In this document: positions 53,552 through 63,277 of the stretch, one piece after another
Position numbering within the stretch: position 1 is the stretch's first letter
Layout of the letters: each line of letters starts with the position of its first letter
Assembly (NCBI GenBank): GCA_030141605.1
Contig: JAQGDQ010000099.1
Location: 451,194 to 515,193 of the forward strand
Reading direction: 5' to 3'
DNA: 64,000 bases
DNA from: Tubiluchus corallicola
Lineage: Eukaryota; Animalia; Priapulida
Made by a program: the position numbers and the translations under genes
Notes under the pieces: generated by a model
Told to the model about the DNA's origin: nothing
Seen by the model: only the letters and a program-made list of their open reading frames with translations
The model's database searches: none

Positions 53552-56500
53552 TTATTTATTTTTTGTAACACCATTACATACATACAAACAAATAAACAAG
53601 ACAGATTTAATCAACAGTAAAAGAGGCATTTACTAGAGACAAAATCCCCTTACAAAGGAATGTTGTGGCTTGAATGTACAGAGCACTTAACTATTAATCC
53701 ATACAAATGTTAAAACTAATTGTCACAACAATATTACATAAAGGGGTATTAATAACTCTTTACAAAATTTACACAACTAAGTAAAAACGAGATAAATGCA
53801 AATGTTTCCTTTTTTGCAACTTCTCGCCATTAACCGAAATAAAGGTGGCCTGCTGTCTGTTAGTATTACTAATTTTTTTCCTATGTTTGAAAATATTTGA
53901 AAAAAGTTGATCAGAGATTGACTAGTGGCACAATAGGACATGGAAAGAAATGCTAAGAACATTAATTAAGAATTCTTGCATAATAAAGTCATATAAGTAA
54001 TTTCACAAGAACGACGAACACTGCTTAATTCGCGAAACGAGAAGTGTTTCTACTGTCGTGCAAGTTAAATGATGAAACACAAAACTGTAACAAGACAGTG
54101 ATTAAAACAAGTCACAAGATACAGCAGACAAAAGCACAATGTAAGTGCAAAATTGTTTGGTGTTTCTTTCTGCCGTGCATGTGTGCTAAGCTAAACTACA
54201 TAACATCGCATTTATTTGTCTTTTTAGAGCAATGTTACGCTCTAAACAAGCAAACAAACAGAGCCACTCTTAATCCAAATTCTGAGCTAACAATAGCAAG
54301 AATACCTCGCTTTCTTCTGGTGGTATCCTGAATACAAGCTTCACCGTATTCTGGCGTTCGTATGCCGCAATTTGAAAGTGTGTTTCTGGCATGGTCTGGA
54401 TTGTTACCATAATTAGTGCGGTATGAAGCATGTGTGAGTGCAAGCTAGAAGAATTCAAAAATTGTAAAAGGCTTATAAAAACATTATTAGCAAGCTGAAC
54501 CGCATTTTCTTAACAGGTTAACTAAATGAACAGGCTTAATCTAACAAATGTAGCCTAATCCAATCTCACTGCATCTTACCCATTTTTCCTTAATCTATTT
54601 TCTTTCACTTTGATCTACTTGCCAGTCAGCTCACTCACTTCAAAATGGCTCTTCATTTCTCACGTGCCACAAAGCTTTAAATTAGAAAGCACAAAAAAAT
54701 AGAACGAAGCTCAGTATTAAAAAGTACAGAAAAGCAGCATGAGGCTCCACATTAAAAAACCCAAAAGTCGTGTGATAGGAATTCTCTCAAAAAATTTGAC
54801 AGCATCTAAAGAACAACAACAACCATGACGATGATGATGTTAACGAAAAAACAACAAAATTAAAAATGAAGATGTGTTAACTGGAAATAATAAACTACAC
54901 CGGTATAAAAACATGACTATTATTGCCTGATGCCGTGCACATTACTGTGACAAAACACTGCACCATCTTCAAAGTCTCTGGCATGATCCTGCAACGGAAC
55001 TGAACACACAATTTTATTCACAGAAATCAAGAATGCTACTTCTGTGTAATTTCCTTTCATATTCGAATGATAATCTAATAAGTGAACCGTTTATTATTCT
55101 TGCGATTTTAGAAACAGAAAGATAAAGATTTTACTGGGATAAAGTGTTTGTAACTGTTAGATTGTTACAGAAAACACAGCAGCATAGCCTAGAGACATAC
55201 CTGCAAGAGTGAGCGGTTCTTAAATTTATAGCCAATTGACGACTCGAGGTGGTCTAAGCTCTTGTGAAACCGAATGTGACAGATTACGACTGGTAACAGT
55301 ATAGCATGCTAGAATATATGAAACAAATATTACTAAATATTCCTCCTCTCTCACTGGATTATTTGAAACAGATTATTCAAAGTTTGAAAAAATAATCTAA
55401 GGCATTCGCAGCACAGTCAAAAGTTTAAATCACTTTATATTGTCAATGAGATTAATAATGTATTTTTTTGGTGAATAAATGGTGCATACTGGTGATGAAA
55501 ATGAGGTGGCATGAACATTTTAAATTATTAAAAAAATTTCTTCTCCAATATCTTTCAAACAGGTAAGTGTAATGTTAAGTAATATAACTTTGTATGGAAA
55601 GTTCTCTGGGATCTACTTTAAAATTCCTTTTCTTTCTTTTTCCTTAAAAGTTCCGCAGCTTACTAGTAAAGGTCACTGCCTAAAGAACACGGTTCAAGTG
55701 AGTTGTAAGTGGTCACTGGTTGAACATTCTATGATTGCAAGCAAAATGTTCTGAAAATAGCAAGTTTTTGCTTTTTCAAAAAAGAAAACAGCAGAAACTG
55801 TAAAGGAATGTGTGCTTCTTTTTGGATTTTTCAAATAAGATCGTTTCGTTTTCCTGATTTCTTACCAAAACGACGTCCGATTTTATCCCGGTTTTGTGGA
55901 AACCTTCACTGCTTAAAGTGGCACATACGTCACGTTTCAGCTCACTAAACAAAAATACAAAAAGAATAATAGAGGAATTTGTTATAGAAACAACAAACTT
56001 AAAAAGTAGACCTTAGCTTATGACGCTGAAAATTGTAGCAAAATTTTAATCCACATTGGGATTTGTACTTGATACATCTACTGCAATGCCACAGGCACAG
56101 CAGACAGAGTATCTGGAATCACTGATCAGTCAAGGATAATTCAATACTCCTAATTAATGTGTAGCACTCCTGTAAAGCATTCACAACACTTTGAAAATAA
56201 CCTACAATACTTCACCGGTCACCAATACAGACTTACGCTAATTGTTGCAATAAAATAGAAAATGAATTAGCAAATACTCTTCTTTTCTTCTAAAAATGCA
56301 TGAGCTCCATAGTGTGACAAAACAAAAACTTTAAAGCTACAGAAACATGAAATTGTATACAAATTTGAAATGGAAAATAATAAGTGAGATCCAAACCTAC
56401 ATTATTGAAACTACATAAGTAATGGATGCATATACATACATATGAAACTGAGATATTGCCAATTAAAATTGTTGACGAAATTATATAAACTTTTACATTT

Positions 56501-59500
56501 GACTCAAGTTTTGCCAAACATGTGCAACACTATCAAAAGACTGATTTTATTAGCTTTTTAAAAGATTTAAAAATTGGAAAACCGAATTTCATTTCATTTC
56601 GGCTGAAGTTAAATGATTATAGTTGATGGTGTGTTAGCACTTTAATGTATTAGCATTATAATACAAATGGCTATTTTACTTTTTTGATCTCAGCGCTTGT
56701 AGTTCGTCCTGTAAAATGCGGAACTTTTCCTTATCTTCAACTGTCACCTTAGGTTTATTTGCCAGAATATGACGATACTTTAGGAACTGCCGGTACGATT
56801 CTTGATATCTAAGAAATAAAGACAGAAACAAATAAATGGCATTTTCAGTTCAGAAATCAGCAACAGTTGAACATGTAATAAACTTTCTGGTACCATTGTT
56901 TAACGCAAATGTAATTAAATTACTCTAGGTTATACAAAGTCACTAAATATCATTACTACTTGATTATTCATTGCACAACAGAAATGATTTTGCTTTGTTT
57001 CATACTAGATGTAGCTGTTTTAAATACTCGCTCTTTCCTGCGTCTCTCATTCAGGAGCAGTTCCACATACTCGATTGAGAATCAGTTTTTCTGAATTAAA
57101 TCAGGAACTCAACAGTCACTGATGCAGGGAAAGAACGGGGAGCATAATTTAGCCAAATTGTACTTGTGGTTCTTCGTGGGAAACAGTACAACATTACTTG
57201 CTTGAGTGTCCCCTATATACAGTTAATAGAATGAACCATGAGGAAAAACTAATCCATGAACAAAATGTTTTCCTGTTTAATATAAACAACTTGAGTAACT
57301 AAAATTTTGATATTTCTTTTCGGATCCTCTCAACTAATCACGATCAAAATATTACATTGTTCCAAACTATCTAAGATTATATAAAATTTAAACACCACTT
57401 TTTCACCAATTGATCGTATGTAGTATTATAATTTAACATCAATATTTATTTAACTTATTACTAACACTTAACAGCCATGCACTACATTTTGTAACATGTA
57501 TTTTTTTGTATTACAGCCCAAGATGTTATAAATTAGTCATGTAGTCGCATATTCCAAAGGTTATGATCAAATAAAAAATATGTTTAGACAAAAAATATCA
57601 TTACAGGTGTCGTACATATATAAGCAACCTGAGCATGGGTAGAGAGACACGATCTTTAGTCAATGGCAAGAATGTGCAACTGTATCAATCATAAAGAAAA
57701 CCTGCCTAATCAACTTGAGTAAACAAAAAAAAGCAAAAAATTAAAGAAACATTATGTAAACCAGAAATAAATTTCCACAATATTAAGTACGGAACAACAG
57801 TTGCAAAATAGTCAGAAACCTACTTTGCATCACCAACGTAACAAAGTTTAGACGGGCGCACACCAAAATGCACGATAGTCGGATAGCTGATCTCACCCTC
57901 TTTGATGTGATCACGATCAAGCTGATCAATTCTAAGTGAGCACGGTTTCTGTAAAATGTATAGCATGTAGTGAGCACGGCTTTTGAAAAACGTACACGTG
58001 AAGGTATCCACAAAAATGATTCAATGACATCTATCTTGTTGCAAAGTAAAAAATGTCTGAAATCGCTGAACAACAGCTAGAGTGTTAGACATGAATGTCA
58101 TATACTCCAACATATTAAAAAGTATTATAAAATTGCTAGTAGACTGAAGCAAACTTACGACAGTGTTATAACTAACTGATTTCTGGCCTTTACAGACATT
58201 GTTGTAATCCATTTAGGCATTCAAAAAATAAAATTGAACTTATATATATAAAACTCTTATTGCTCAGTAAAGTTAATTTTCGTGACACCTTATTACTGAT
58301 ATGTATAATATGATTTTGTATAAAATTTAAATGATAAAATTTGTCTTTATAAAAATAATAATACTTACTTATAACGACTTATTTCAAATCACACAGAATG
58401 TATTTGTAAAAAATATTAATAAAAAAAATATTTAGTAGGGTAACATGATACTCTCTCACACTCGCATCAGCAAAACTACATCTGCACCTCTTTGCACATT
58501 GTGTTACCACTCAAATTTTGTATCTGCAACCAACGCTCAAAATACTTTTTTGTGGCAAGCAGAATAAGGTTAAACCATGCCAAGCAAACTGCTTTTATAA
58601 GGAAGAATAAAAAAAAATATCTGTATTCAGGTTGGATGTACAAGTGCATAAGCAGTGTACAAATCTAGTAGTATACAAATTTAAATGTGTGGAATTTTAA
58701 GAAGCAAATATTCTGCTAATCAAGGTATTTTAGGACTGTTCACAACCCATTCCGAAAAAAAGCATTTTGCAGATACACACATACACAGTAAACCTTTTAT
58801 TACCTTTCCTGGGTATGTGGCAATGTATCCGAGATTTCTGCTAGCAATACACTCCCAGTCAAACTGCGACATCTTTGGCATTTCAGACAAGTCGGTTTCC
58901 TCCGTAAGCAGACCACTGCTCTGCAGAAGATAGTTCATCACCTCATTCACGGATAAAATCTCCTTACCATTTTCTGCAGTTAAACATATTGATATGATTC
59001 TTGTTCATTGATTTTCAAAAGACAAATTTCCTTATTTCTTATCTGTACAAACATAGTAAAAGACAACTGCCAGGGTCGGTTCTAGGTAGTTTGATGCCCC
59101 AGGAAGAAATATTTTTAGCGTCTGCTCCTCGTCAATGGTCAACTCTTTTCCCCAAGGTACCAATTATACTCCCAAAATTGAATTTTTTTTAATATGTTAT
59201 AACAAAATATAATGGTACCCGTGTGTTAGGCTTACACTTGTGCTATAGTTCACTAATTACAAGTGTATCTGCAGGTAGTTATCTAATGTACTTATCTGCA
59301 GGTAGTGTTGATTAAATTTGAAATTGAATTTATGATCCCACTGTATGTCTCCGGAGCAATCATGTTTCTGCAATATCTGCTACTCTTGATTAGATTTCCC
59401 CTCAACTTTTTCATCAGAAAATTTTTCAAACCCTAATTCCTTTTTCCTAGTGTCATCCATTTCACTAGCGTCATCTGGTCTGGTTGCATGTACATTAGAG

Positions 59501-62500
59501 ACATTTTATATCACTTTATTATCACTTTATTTAATTAAAGTATTATGCACTTAAGCAGCAATTGCACATACATTATGTTATTATGTATTCTAAACTTAAA
59601 AAATAAAGAATGGCTTCCAGAATTAATGCCCCCCAAAATTTGGCACATTAGGCAACTGCCTAACTTGCCCAGTGGTAGAGCCGGCCATGCAACTGGCTAG
59701 TAACAGCAGTTTACATTAAACACTAATACATTCTAAACTTTTCATTTCTTTCTAGCATGAATTTTGTTAAAATACCTCATTCATCTCATCATATGTCATT
59801 TTTGTTAGTGGCATTTCACATTATTTTTCTTATTACAGTAAGTCCTCGCTTAACGGCCCCCCGTTTAGTGACATTTCATTTAACTGAACATTTTTTTCAC
59901 TTAACAACACACGTTTCATTTTATCGACAACTTTTTTTTTACCTAATTTGAAGCATTAAAATGGCACATATTGCGTTATTCTGTTTTAAAAGTGCATTAG
60001 TAACGTAAACAGTGCAATTATTATGCATGTTTTTGCTTCCTGACTGACTACTATACTAGCTGCCGTTTCTATCAAGCGAGACCAGTGAACAAACTTTTTC
60101 CTAAGGAATTCTACCTGCACCTTGTTCCTATAGCAACAAGACTACATAATAAATCATACAGTGCTCTGGTATGATAAATTTTCCAAGGTCACCTCATGCA
60201 GTGCTTGGCTTTGACTCTACCATGTTTACTGTTTAATGGCTGCCTAGGCTTAAACCTTAATGAAAGAGAAACTGCTAGCTAGGCATGTACTGGTAAGAAA
60301 GTTAAGTGGTTTCAAGCACGCAGAAAGAAGTTAATTAGTAGAAATCATAAAGAAACTCATAAAACATTTAATTTATATGATTAAGCAGCAATGACTTTTG
60401 CCTCTGGAACATATCTCAATTCTTTTGCATTACTTTCTATGGAAGTTTTGGTTTTGTTTAACGACGTTTCGCTTAACGTCACGTTTACTGGAACGTATTA
60501 GCGTCATGAAGGAAGGACGTACTGTATTTCACAATTCTTTGTCTTTAACATCGGTTTTGTAACATTATCTCCTGCATAAGCCATTTATTTTTTTAAACGA
60601 GTTGTTGTTTATACCTGTCAACTCGCGAACAAATCTTGGCATGACGTGAAATGGAGTGCACTTCCCTTCTGGGGGCTTCACAAACAGCTCAAAGTCATAC
60701 ATCTCCAATAGCTCCTTCATTAAATATTCGTTCAACAATTCCAGCCCCGCCACAGTAAAGTTCTACCCAAAAAAGAAATTCAGTTTACTTCAATTTACTC
60801 ATATCGTTCAACAATTCCAGCCCCGCCACAGTAAAGTTCTATCCAAAAAAGAAATTCAGTTTACTTCAATTTACTCATATCGTTCAACATTTCCAGCCCC
60901 GCCACAGTAAAGTTCTACCCAAAAAAGAAATTCAACTTACTTCAATTTACTCAAGAATGAGAAGTAAAATGTTAACAAACTTAATACATGTATGGCTTTT
61001 CGGATGATAAAAGGCATATTTAGCAGTAGCAAGAATCGATACCTCGGGCAATGGTTCTTTGAATAAGTGTATGGTATACTCAATGTTGAATCGGACTAGC
61101 TTACACTTTGGCACCTGAAAAAAATAAAATATATTAATTAATGCTAAGTTAGTTTAGTTGTGACCAACAATCAGGCCCAGCATTAGGAAGCACGAAGCCT
61201 AATTATGGAGTTGCTAGTAAGACCCCTACCCAACAAATGCTGCAGAACAGTATAAATACTTTGGACATATTTAACAACACAACTTTATATTCCAAACTTT
61301 ATGTTATATAATCTCATTAACAGTAGTCTTCCTGTGTTGAGGGTTTGAATATCGTCCACAAATTAGTAAAATTAAAATCCAACAACAATCTAACTAACGC
61401 ATATAGGGCTCCACAATTACCTTTTTAAAATGGTAAGTGGTGATGATAAACTGAAATTACAAAACAAATAAACAAACGATCAGTAAAAAAAACATTGAAA
61501 CATAAATATACGTGAACAGACTGAATAGTTTTATTCCTATCACAATATCAAGATACTTTGTGCACACTGGACACTCATTAATTCATCATAGTGTGATCCT
61601 CTCGAGCATGTGTGTGGGGGCCCAAATTGAATAAATCTGGCTTAAAACTGGCCTTGCCAACAATGCTCTTACACATATGAAAGACAAGGCAAAAAACATT
61701 AACACAGCTGTGTTCAACACAGTCAACAGATGACAAAGACTGTTACGTAATTTTAATCAGCAGTAATGTCACACATTGAAACAGTTCAAAATTCTCCTTG
61801 TATGATGTTTTTCGCATTTATACACATCTTATATCTACAAGAAAAACAGTTAGATGCATTATGACAATGATAGCTATAAAACTGAAGCCACCGTTCCATA
61901 CTTTTAAGCAAACGGAGAAGGTATTACAACAAAGTATTATAATATACTGTAGCCACAAACATTTCCTTAGGCTTAAAGAAAAACTTTGAAACTGTGTAGA
62001 AAACAGGTGAATAAAAAATTCACCAAACTGATCGGTTTTAGCTTTTCAAAACCATGAAATATGAGCTGTCCACATAAGAAATTGAAAAAAGCTTAACCTG
62101 CACAATTCAACATGTTATCTACACAGTTAAAGAAATTAACACAACTTAAAACTTTATAAATGATTACATACCTTCTCAAGTTTATAATGAGAGAAAACAG
62201 AAAATCCTTCAAACATGTATTCATGGTCATCGTGAACAATTACAGTAGGACTAGCCTAAAACAGAAAACGCATATTATGGCGAAAATGTTGATTTTGTTG
62301 CGCCGCATTTTAATTTGATCACTGAAATATAAGGAACACACCGTTAATATAATAAACAAATCAATTTATATAAATAACTATGGGGGGGGGCTAATGTAAC
62401 TATAAAAATAACTATATAATCGGCTAATTAACTGAAAAGAGATTCTGGGTTCGAACGTTGTTGGCTCATAATTAGATGTTATGCTAATGCTTGAATATAA

Positions 62501-63277
62501 ATAGACTGGTTTATTATTTTACAGTGCATAGCTATCTTGTGTTTCAGTGATATGTTAAGATATTAATCACTTTTTAATACAATTCAACACTCAATAGCTG
62601 GGATTCAGCACTCAACAGCAAAGTCAACTACCAAAAATGTTGAATGGAAAGTTGAACAGTTGTGGCAAATTTGGAACCTGACTCATCATCAGAGATAAAC
62701 TTGCAAGATATACTGCAGAACAGGCAGAATAGTAGGTGAAAAAGGCTAGAAACAGTTATACCAATGGTTACCTCATCCATTTGCTATCCAGGTGCTGTGC
62801 TGCTTAACTGCAGCCAAAGACACGCTGTAACCATTTAGCCGCTCCCCTGCCTTAATCATGATATGTAATATTAAATGTACACTTATTTGTAATGCAAAGA
62901 GATTGCTGATTACATAACCCTTCTCTTCCAATACGAGTGCAAACATACAGCATTTCTAAAACTTTTAAAAAAAACCAAGACATGTAACATGTACGTTGGC
63001 CACAATTGCACACAGTCATTTTGGTTTGTAGATAATTTTGTCTATAATTATTGCACAATGTTTCTGCAGGCTGTTTCTTTTAAAAATGCAGTACAATTTT
63101 CTTATCCCTAAACTATAGGCTTATTGCATAAAAAATCACATTTTTACATTTAATTAGTTGTAAAAGGTTTATTTATTCTAACTTACTCACCAGAAAATTT
63201 TTGTGCGGAGATATTGTGACTCGGTAATGAAACAGTTTGTCGGAATTGTTCGACATACGATCACATGCAGCTGGTAA
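716..63277 (-). CDS. DROSHA: Drosha (class 2 ribonuclease III, Microprocessor catalytic subunit); 5'-partial, 22 coding exons in window, ~879 aa
   Basis: Hand-spliced exons join in one frame (2640 nt incl. stop) with matching intron phases. Motifs: [52 protein letters not shown], RIIIa [14 protein letters not shown]...ANCFEALMG, RIIIb [14 protein letters not shown]...ADLLEAFLG, ds[19 protein letters not shown]...AEMNAA. All are collinear with metazoan Drosha as recalled. Confidence 0.97.
2622..3140. mobile_element. Kolobok-like MITE
   Basis: TTAA on both sides; 18-bp TIR AGGAAAACCGGACGATTG / CAATCGTCCAGTTTTCCT (1 mismatch); AG..CT termini. Confidence 0.75.
3310..3362 (-). CDS. DROSHA: Drosha exon 21
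   Basis: [17 protein letters not shown] (dsRBD final helix); cag/gtaat. Confidence 0.9.
5216..8045 (-). mobile_element. Non-LTR retrotransposon (LINE) ORF: APE endonuclease + reverse transcriptase, ~940 uninterrupted codons; clade uncertain (RTEX/L2-group-like)
   Basis: APE motifs SYNCN, LLQET, GDFNSH, WLDHV, SDHMP; RT motifs [35 protein letters not shown]. The extra N-terminal part of ORF 5216..8437 is translated microsatellite. Confidence 0.93.
8046..8626. repeat. Compound (GA)n/(GACA)n microsatellite, ~580 bp
   Basis: Directly visible; abuts the first codons of the LINE endonuclease. Confidence 0.97.
9935..9983 (-). CDS. DROSHA: Drosha exon 20
   Basis: [16 protein letters not shown]; cag/gtgag; phases fit both neighbours. 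Confidence 0.9.
10090..10800. repeat. Degenerate pyrimidine-rich tandem repeat (~20-bp unit like CTTCACACATCTTCTGACAG)
   Basis: Recurring ttcacac/tcttct/gacagc cores; boundaries approximate. Confidence 0.55.
11261..11411 (-). CDS. DROSHA: Drosha exon 19 (dsRBD start)
   Basis: [50 protein letters not shown]; tag/gtttg. Confidence 0.94.
12068..12623. repeat. Minisatellite (~60-78-bp units) ending in an inverted copy of the unit head
   Basis: About 8 units of GGCGCATTCAGACTAGAGAGTTTTCTCTCACAAGTTCT..; terminal CTAGTCTGAATGCGCC is the reverse complement of the unit start. Confidence 0.85.
12807..12889 (-). CDS. DROSHA: Drosha exon 18
   Basis: [28 protein letters not shown]; cag/gtacg. Confidence 0.94.
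15087..15287. mobile_element. Palindromic ~200-bp MITE-like foldback (Tc1/mariner-like ends)
   Basis: TACAG..TCCAGAAAAAA...AACAGAATAA pairs with TTATTCTGTT...TTTTTTCTGGA..CTGCA. Confidence 0.6.
15620..15882. repeat. Degenerate (AAAC/GAAT)n tetranucleotide repeat
   Basis: Directly visible. Confidence 0.8.
16151..16568. mobile_element. hAT-like MITE
   Basis: Perfect 8-bp TSD GTAAGGAG (16143-16150, 16569-16576); imperfect TIR CTGTGGCGCAGC / GCTAACCCCTG. Confidence 0.75.
17858..18135. repeat. Three tandem ~94-bp units
   Basis: ATCG..TGAGTTG...CAGTGGT..GACAGC...TTAGAC.TTTGAATCACAAACATTT...GGATCCCAG repeated at ~17858, 17952, 18045. Confidence 0.8.
18777..19358. mobile_element. Probable Kolobok-like MITE inserted in a (CAA/CAG)n tract
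   Basis: TTAA flanks, ends ACGAAAAC / GTTTTCCT; interrupts low-complexity trinucleotide DNA present on both sides. Confidence 0.5.
19365..19860. repeat. Degenerate (CAA/CAG/CTA)n trinucleotide tracts
   Basis: Directly visible; also 18610-18770 and 31455-31600. Confidence 0.75.
21070..21149. repeat. (CCAT)n microsatellite
   Basis: Directly visible. Confidence 0.95.
21155..21810. repeat. Degenerate tandem repeat (~40-45-bp unit, core GATAAAACAAG..GCATCGAG)
   Basis: Core recurs more than ten times at regular spacing. Confidence 0.65.
22824..23740 (-). mobile_element. hAT-like non-autonomous element, same family as 59071-59689 in opposite orientation
   Basis: CGGCTCTACCACT...TAGGCAGTTG at left and GCTAAAAATA...GGCGTCAAACTAC...GGCCCTG at right match the reverse complement of the two ends of the 59-kb copy. 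Confidence 0.65.
24708..24843 (-). CDS. DROSHA: Drosha exon 17
   Basis: [45 protein letters not shown]; cag acceptor, GC donor (AAG|gcaagt). Confidence 0.92.
27502..27537 (+). promoter_or_regulatory. TATA box + Initiator-like TCAGTC of CDA-like 1
   Basis: TATAAAA at 27502, TCAGTC 30 nt downstream, ATG at 27565. Confidence 0.7.
27565..30244 (+). CDS. Chitin deacetylase-like protein 1 (signal peptide-CBM14-LDLa-CE4 domain, probably catalytically inactive), ~525 aa, nested in Drosha intron
   Basis: Exons 27565-27601, 28082-28387, 28842-29526, 29695-30244, all GT-AG and in frame. [15 protein letters not shown] signal; 6-Cys chitin-binding domain; LDLa ([16 protein letters not shown]); [48 protein letters not shown] typical of Serp/Verm-type CDAs. 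Confidence 0.93.
34701..34710 (+). promoter_or_regulatory. TATA box of CDA-like 2
   Basis: TATATATAAA ~60 nt upstream of ATG 34765, same spacing as in paralogs. Confidence 0.65.
34765..37595 (+). CDS. Chitin deacetylase-like protein 2 (same architecture), ~514 aa
   Basis: Exons 34765-34801, 35268-35537, 36176-36860, 37043-37595; same intron phases and the same 37-nt and 685-nt exon sizes as paralog 1; [12 protein letters not shown] signal. Confidence 0.92.
35630..35850 (-). mobile_element. 3' fragment of an RTE-clade LINE in intron 2 of CDA-like 2
   Basis: [33 protein letters not shown] matches the WxPxGxRxxGRPxxTWRR C-terminal motif of RTE ORFs. Confidence 0.75.
38534..39014. mobile_element. 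Kolobok-like non-autonomous element, copy A
   Basis: TTAA|AGGGGAAGGAAAGGGAATTTT ... TTGTGCT|TTAA; alignable along its length with 50528-50959. Confidence 0.7.
43279..43312 (+). promoter_or_regulatory. TATA box + Inr-like ACAGTC of CDA-like 3
   Basis: TATAAAA at 43279, 63 nt upstream of ATG 43342 (same spacing as paralog 1). Confidence 0.65.
43342..46781 (+). CDS. Chitin deacetylase-like protein 3 (same architecture), ~521 aa
   Basis: Exons 43342-43378, 44400-44690, 45381-46065, 46229-46781; same phases; [15 protein letters not shown] signal; AATAAA at 46939-46944. Confidence 0.93.
43485..43845. repeat. Degenerate ~360-bp inverted repeat in intron 1 of CDA-like 3
   Basis: ATGAATAAAACAACAAGGATAAAGTT vs AACTTTATCATTGTCGTTTTTATTCAT, plus inner complementary blocks. 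Confidence 0.6.
47033..47249. repeat. Inverted repeat / long hairpin
   Basis: 47051-47079 pairs with 47176-47204 (28/29 Watson-Crick); additional inner and outer complementary blocks. Confidence 0.85.
47271..47500 (-). mobile_element. Dispersed repeat with (CTTTGT)n tail, SINE/LINE-tail-like; second copy at ~51446-51670
   Basis: Two copies alignable by eye (AGACAACAT..GCACTAAC, GCAACA.ACAAA.AACGAA.AAC, AGAAATCTA). Confidence 0.55.
48324..48429 (-). CDS. DROSHA: Drosha exon 16 (RNase IIIb signature)
   Basis: [35 protein letters not shown]; tag/gtaag; followed by the 23.5-kb intron. Confidence 0.96.
49232..49335 (-). CDS. DROSHA: Drosha exon 15
   Basis: [34 protein letters not shown]; cag/gtaag. 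Confidence 0.95.
49521..49611. repeat. (CAGT)n microsatellite
   Basis: Directly visible. Confidence 0.95.
49841..50010 (-). CDS. DROSHA: Drosha exon 14
   Basis: [16 protein letters not shown]...[22 protein letters not shown]; tag/gtatt. Confidence 0.94.
50528..50959. mobile_element. Kolobok-like non-autonomous element, copy B
   Basis: TTAA|AGGTGAAGGAAAGGGAATTTT ... TTGTGCT|TTAA; shares internal blocks (TAATTTAAAATATTCG, ATCTTACTGACAA, AATGCTCTGATTATTTTT) with copy A. Confidence 0.7.
51041..51112. repeat. (TAA)n microsatellite
   Basis: Directly visible. Confidence 0.97.
51709..51811 (-). CDS. DROSHA: Drosha exon 13
   Basis: [34 protein letters not shown]; tag/gtaag. Confidence 0.95.
52752..52851 (-). 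CDS. DROSHA: Drosha exon 12
   Basis: [33 protein letters not shown]; cag/gtatg. Confidence 0.95.
52890..53135. repeat. ~32-bp tandem repeat filling most of a Drosha intron
   Basis: AATATAAAGACAACTTTTAAAACAATAAAAC-like unit, about 7 copies. Confidence 0.7.
53158..53278 (-). CDS. DROSHA: Drosha exon 11 (RNase IIIa signature)
   Basis: [40 protein letters not shown]; tag/gtaag. Confidence 0.96.
53502..53551. repeat. (TA)n microsatellite
   Basis: Directly visible. Confidence 0.95.
54306..54444 (-). CDS. DROSHA: Drosha exon 10
   Basis: [46 protein letters not shown]; tag/gtatt. Confidence 0.94.
55201..55308 (-). CDS. DROSHA: Drosha exon 9
   Basis: [36 protein letters not shown]; tag/gtatg. Confidence 0.93.
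55866..55944 (-). CDS. DROSHA: Drosha exon 8
   Basis: [26 protein letters not shown]; tag/gtaag. Confidence 0.92.
56680..56808 (-). CDS. DROSHA: Drosha exon 7
   Basis: [42 protein letters not shown]; tag/gtaaa. Confidence 0.9.
57824..57948 (-). CDS. DROSHA: Drosha exon 6
   Basis: [41 protein letters not shown]; cag/gtagg. Confidence 0.93.
58804..58973 (-). CDS. DROSHA: Drosha exon 5
   Basis: [20 protein letters not shown]...GYIATYPGK; cag/gtaat. Confidence 0.92.
59071..59689 (+). mobile_element. hAT-like MITE
   Basis: TIR CAGGGTCGGTTCTA / TAGAGCCGGCCATG; approximate TSD (CAACTG-containing) on both sides. Confidence 0.65.
59836..60524. mobile_element. Tc1/mariner (pogo/Tigger-like) MITE
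   Basis: TA|CAGTAAGTCCTCGCTTAACG ... GAAGGACGTACTG|TA; subterminal CGCTTAACG repeat. Confidence 0.7.
60615..60762 (-). CDS. DROSHA: Drosha exon 4
   Basis: [49 protein letters not shown]; tag/gtata; acceptor region triplicated. Confidence 0.92.
60728..60953. repeat. 3 x 76-bp tandem repeat spanning a Drosha intron/exon junction
   Basis: Near-identical units; acceptor AG (CT on + strand) at 60763, 60839, 60915. Confidence 0.95.
61043..61114 (-). CDS. DROSHA: Drosha exon 3
   Basis: [24 protein letters not shown]; cag/gtatc. Confidence 0.92.
62172..62255 (-). CDS. DROSHA: Drosha exon 2
   Basis: [28 protein letters not shown]; tag/gtatg. Confidence 0.92.
63191..63277 (-). CDS. DROSHA: Drosha exon (window exon 1)
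   Basis: [29 protein letters not shown]; cag acceptor, gtgag donor. Confidence 0.9.

Noticed and set aside
716-63277. Dicer or bacterial-type RNase III
   Set aside because: Central-domain motifs ([32 protein letters not shown]) are Drosha-specific
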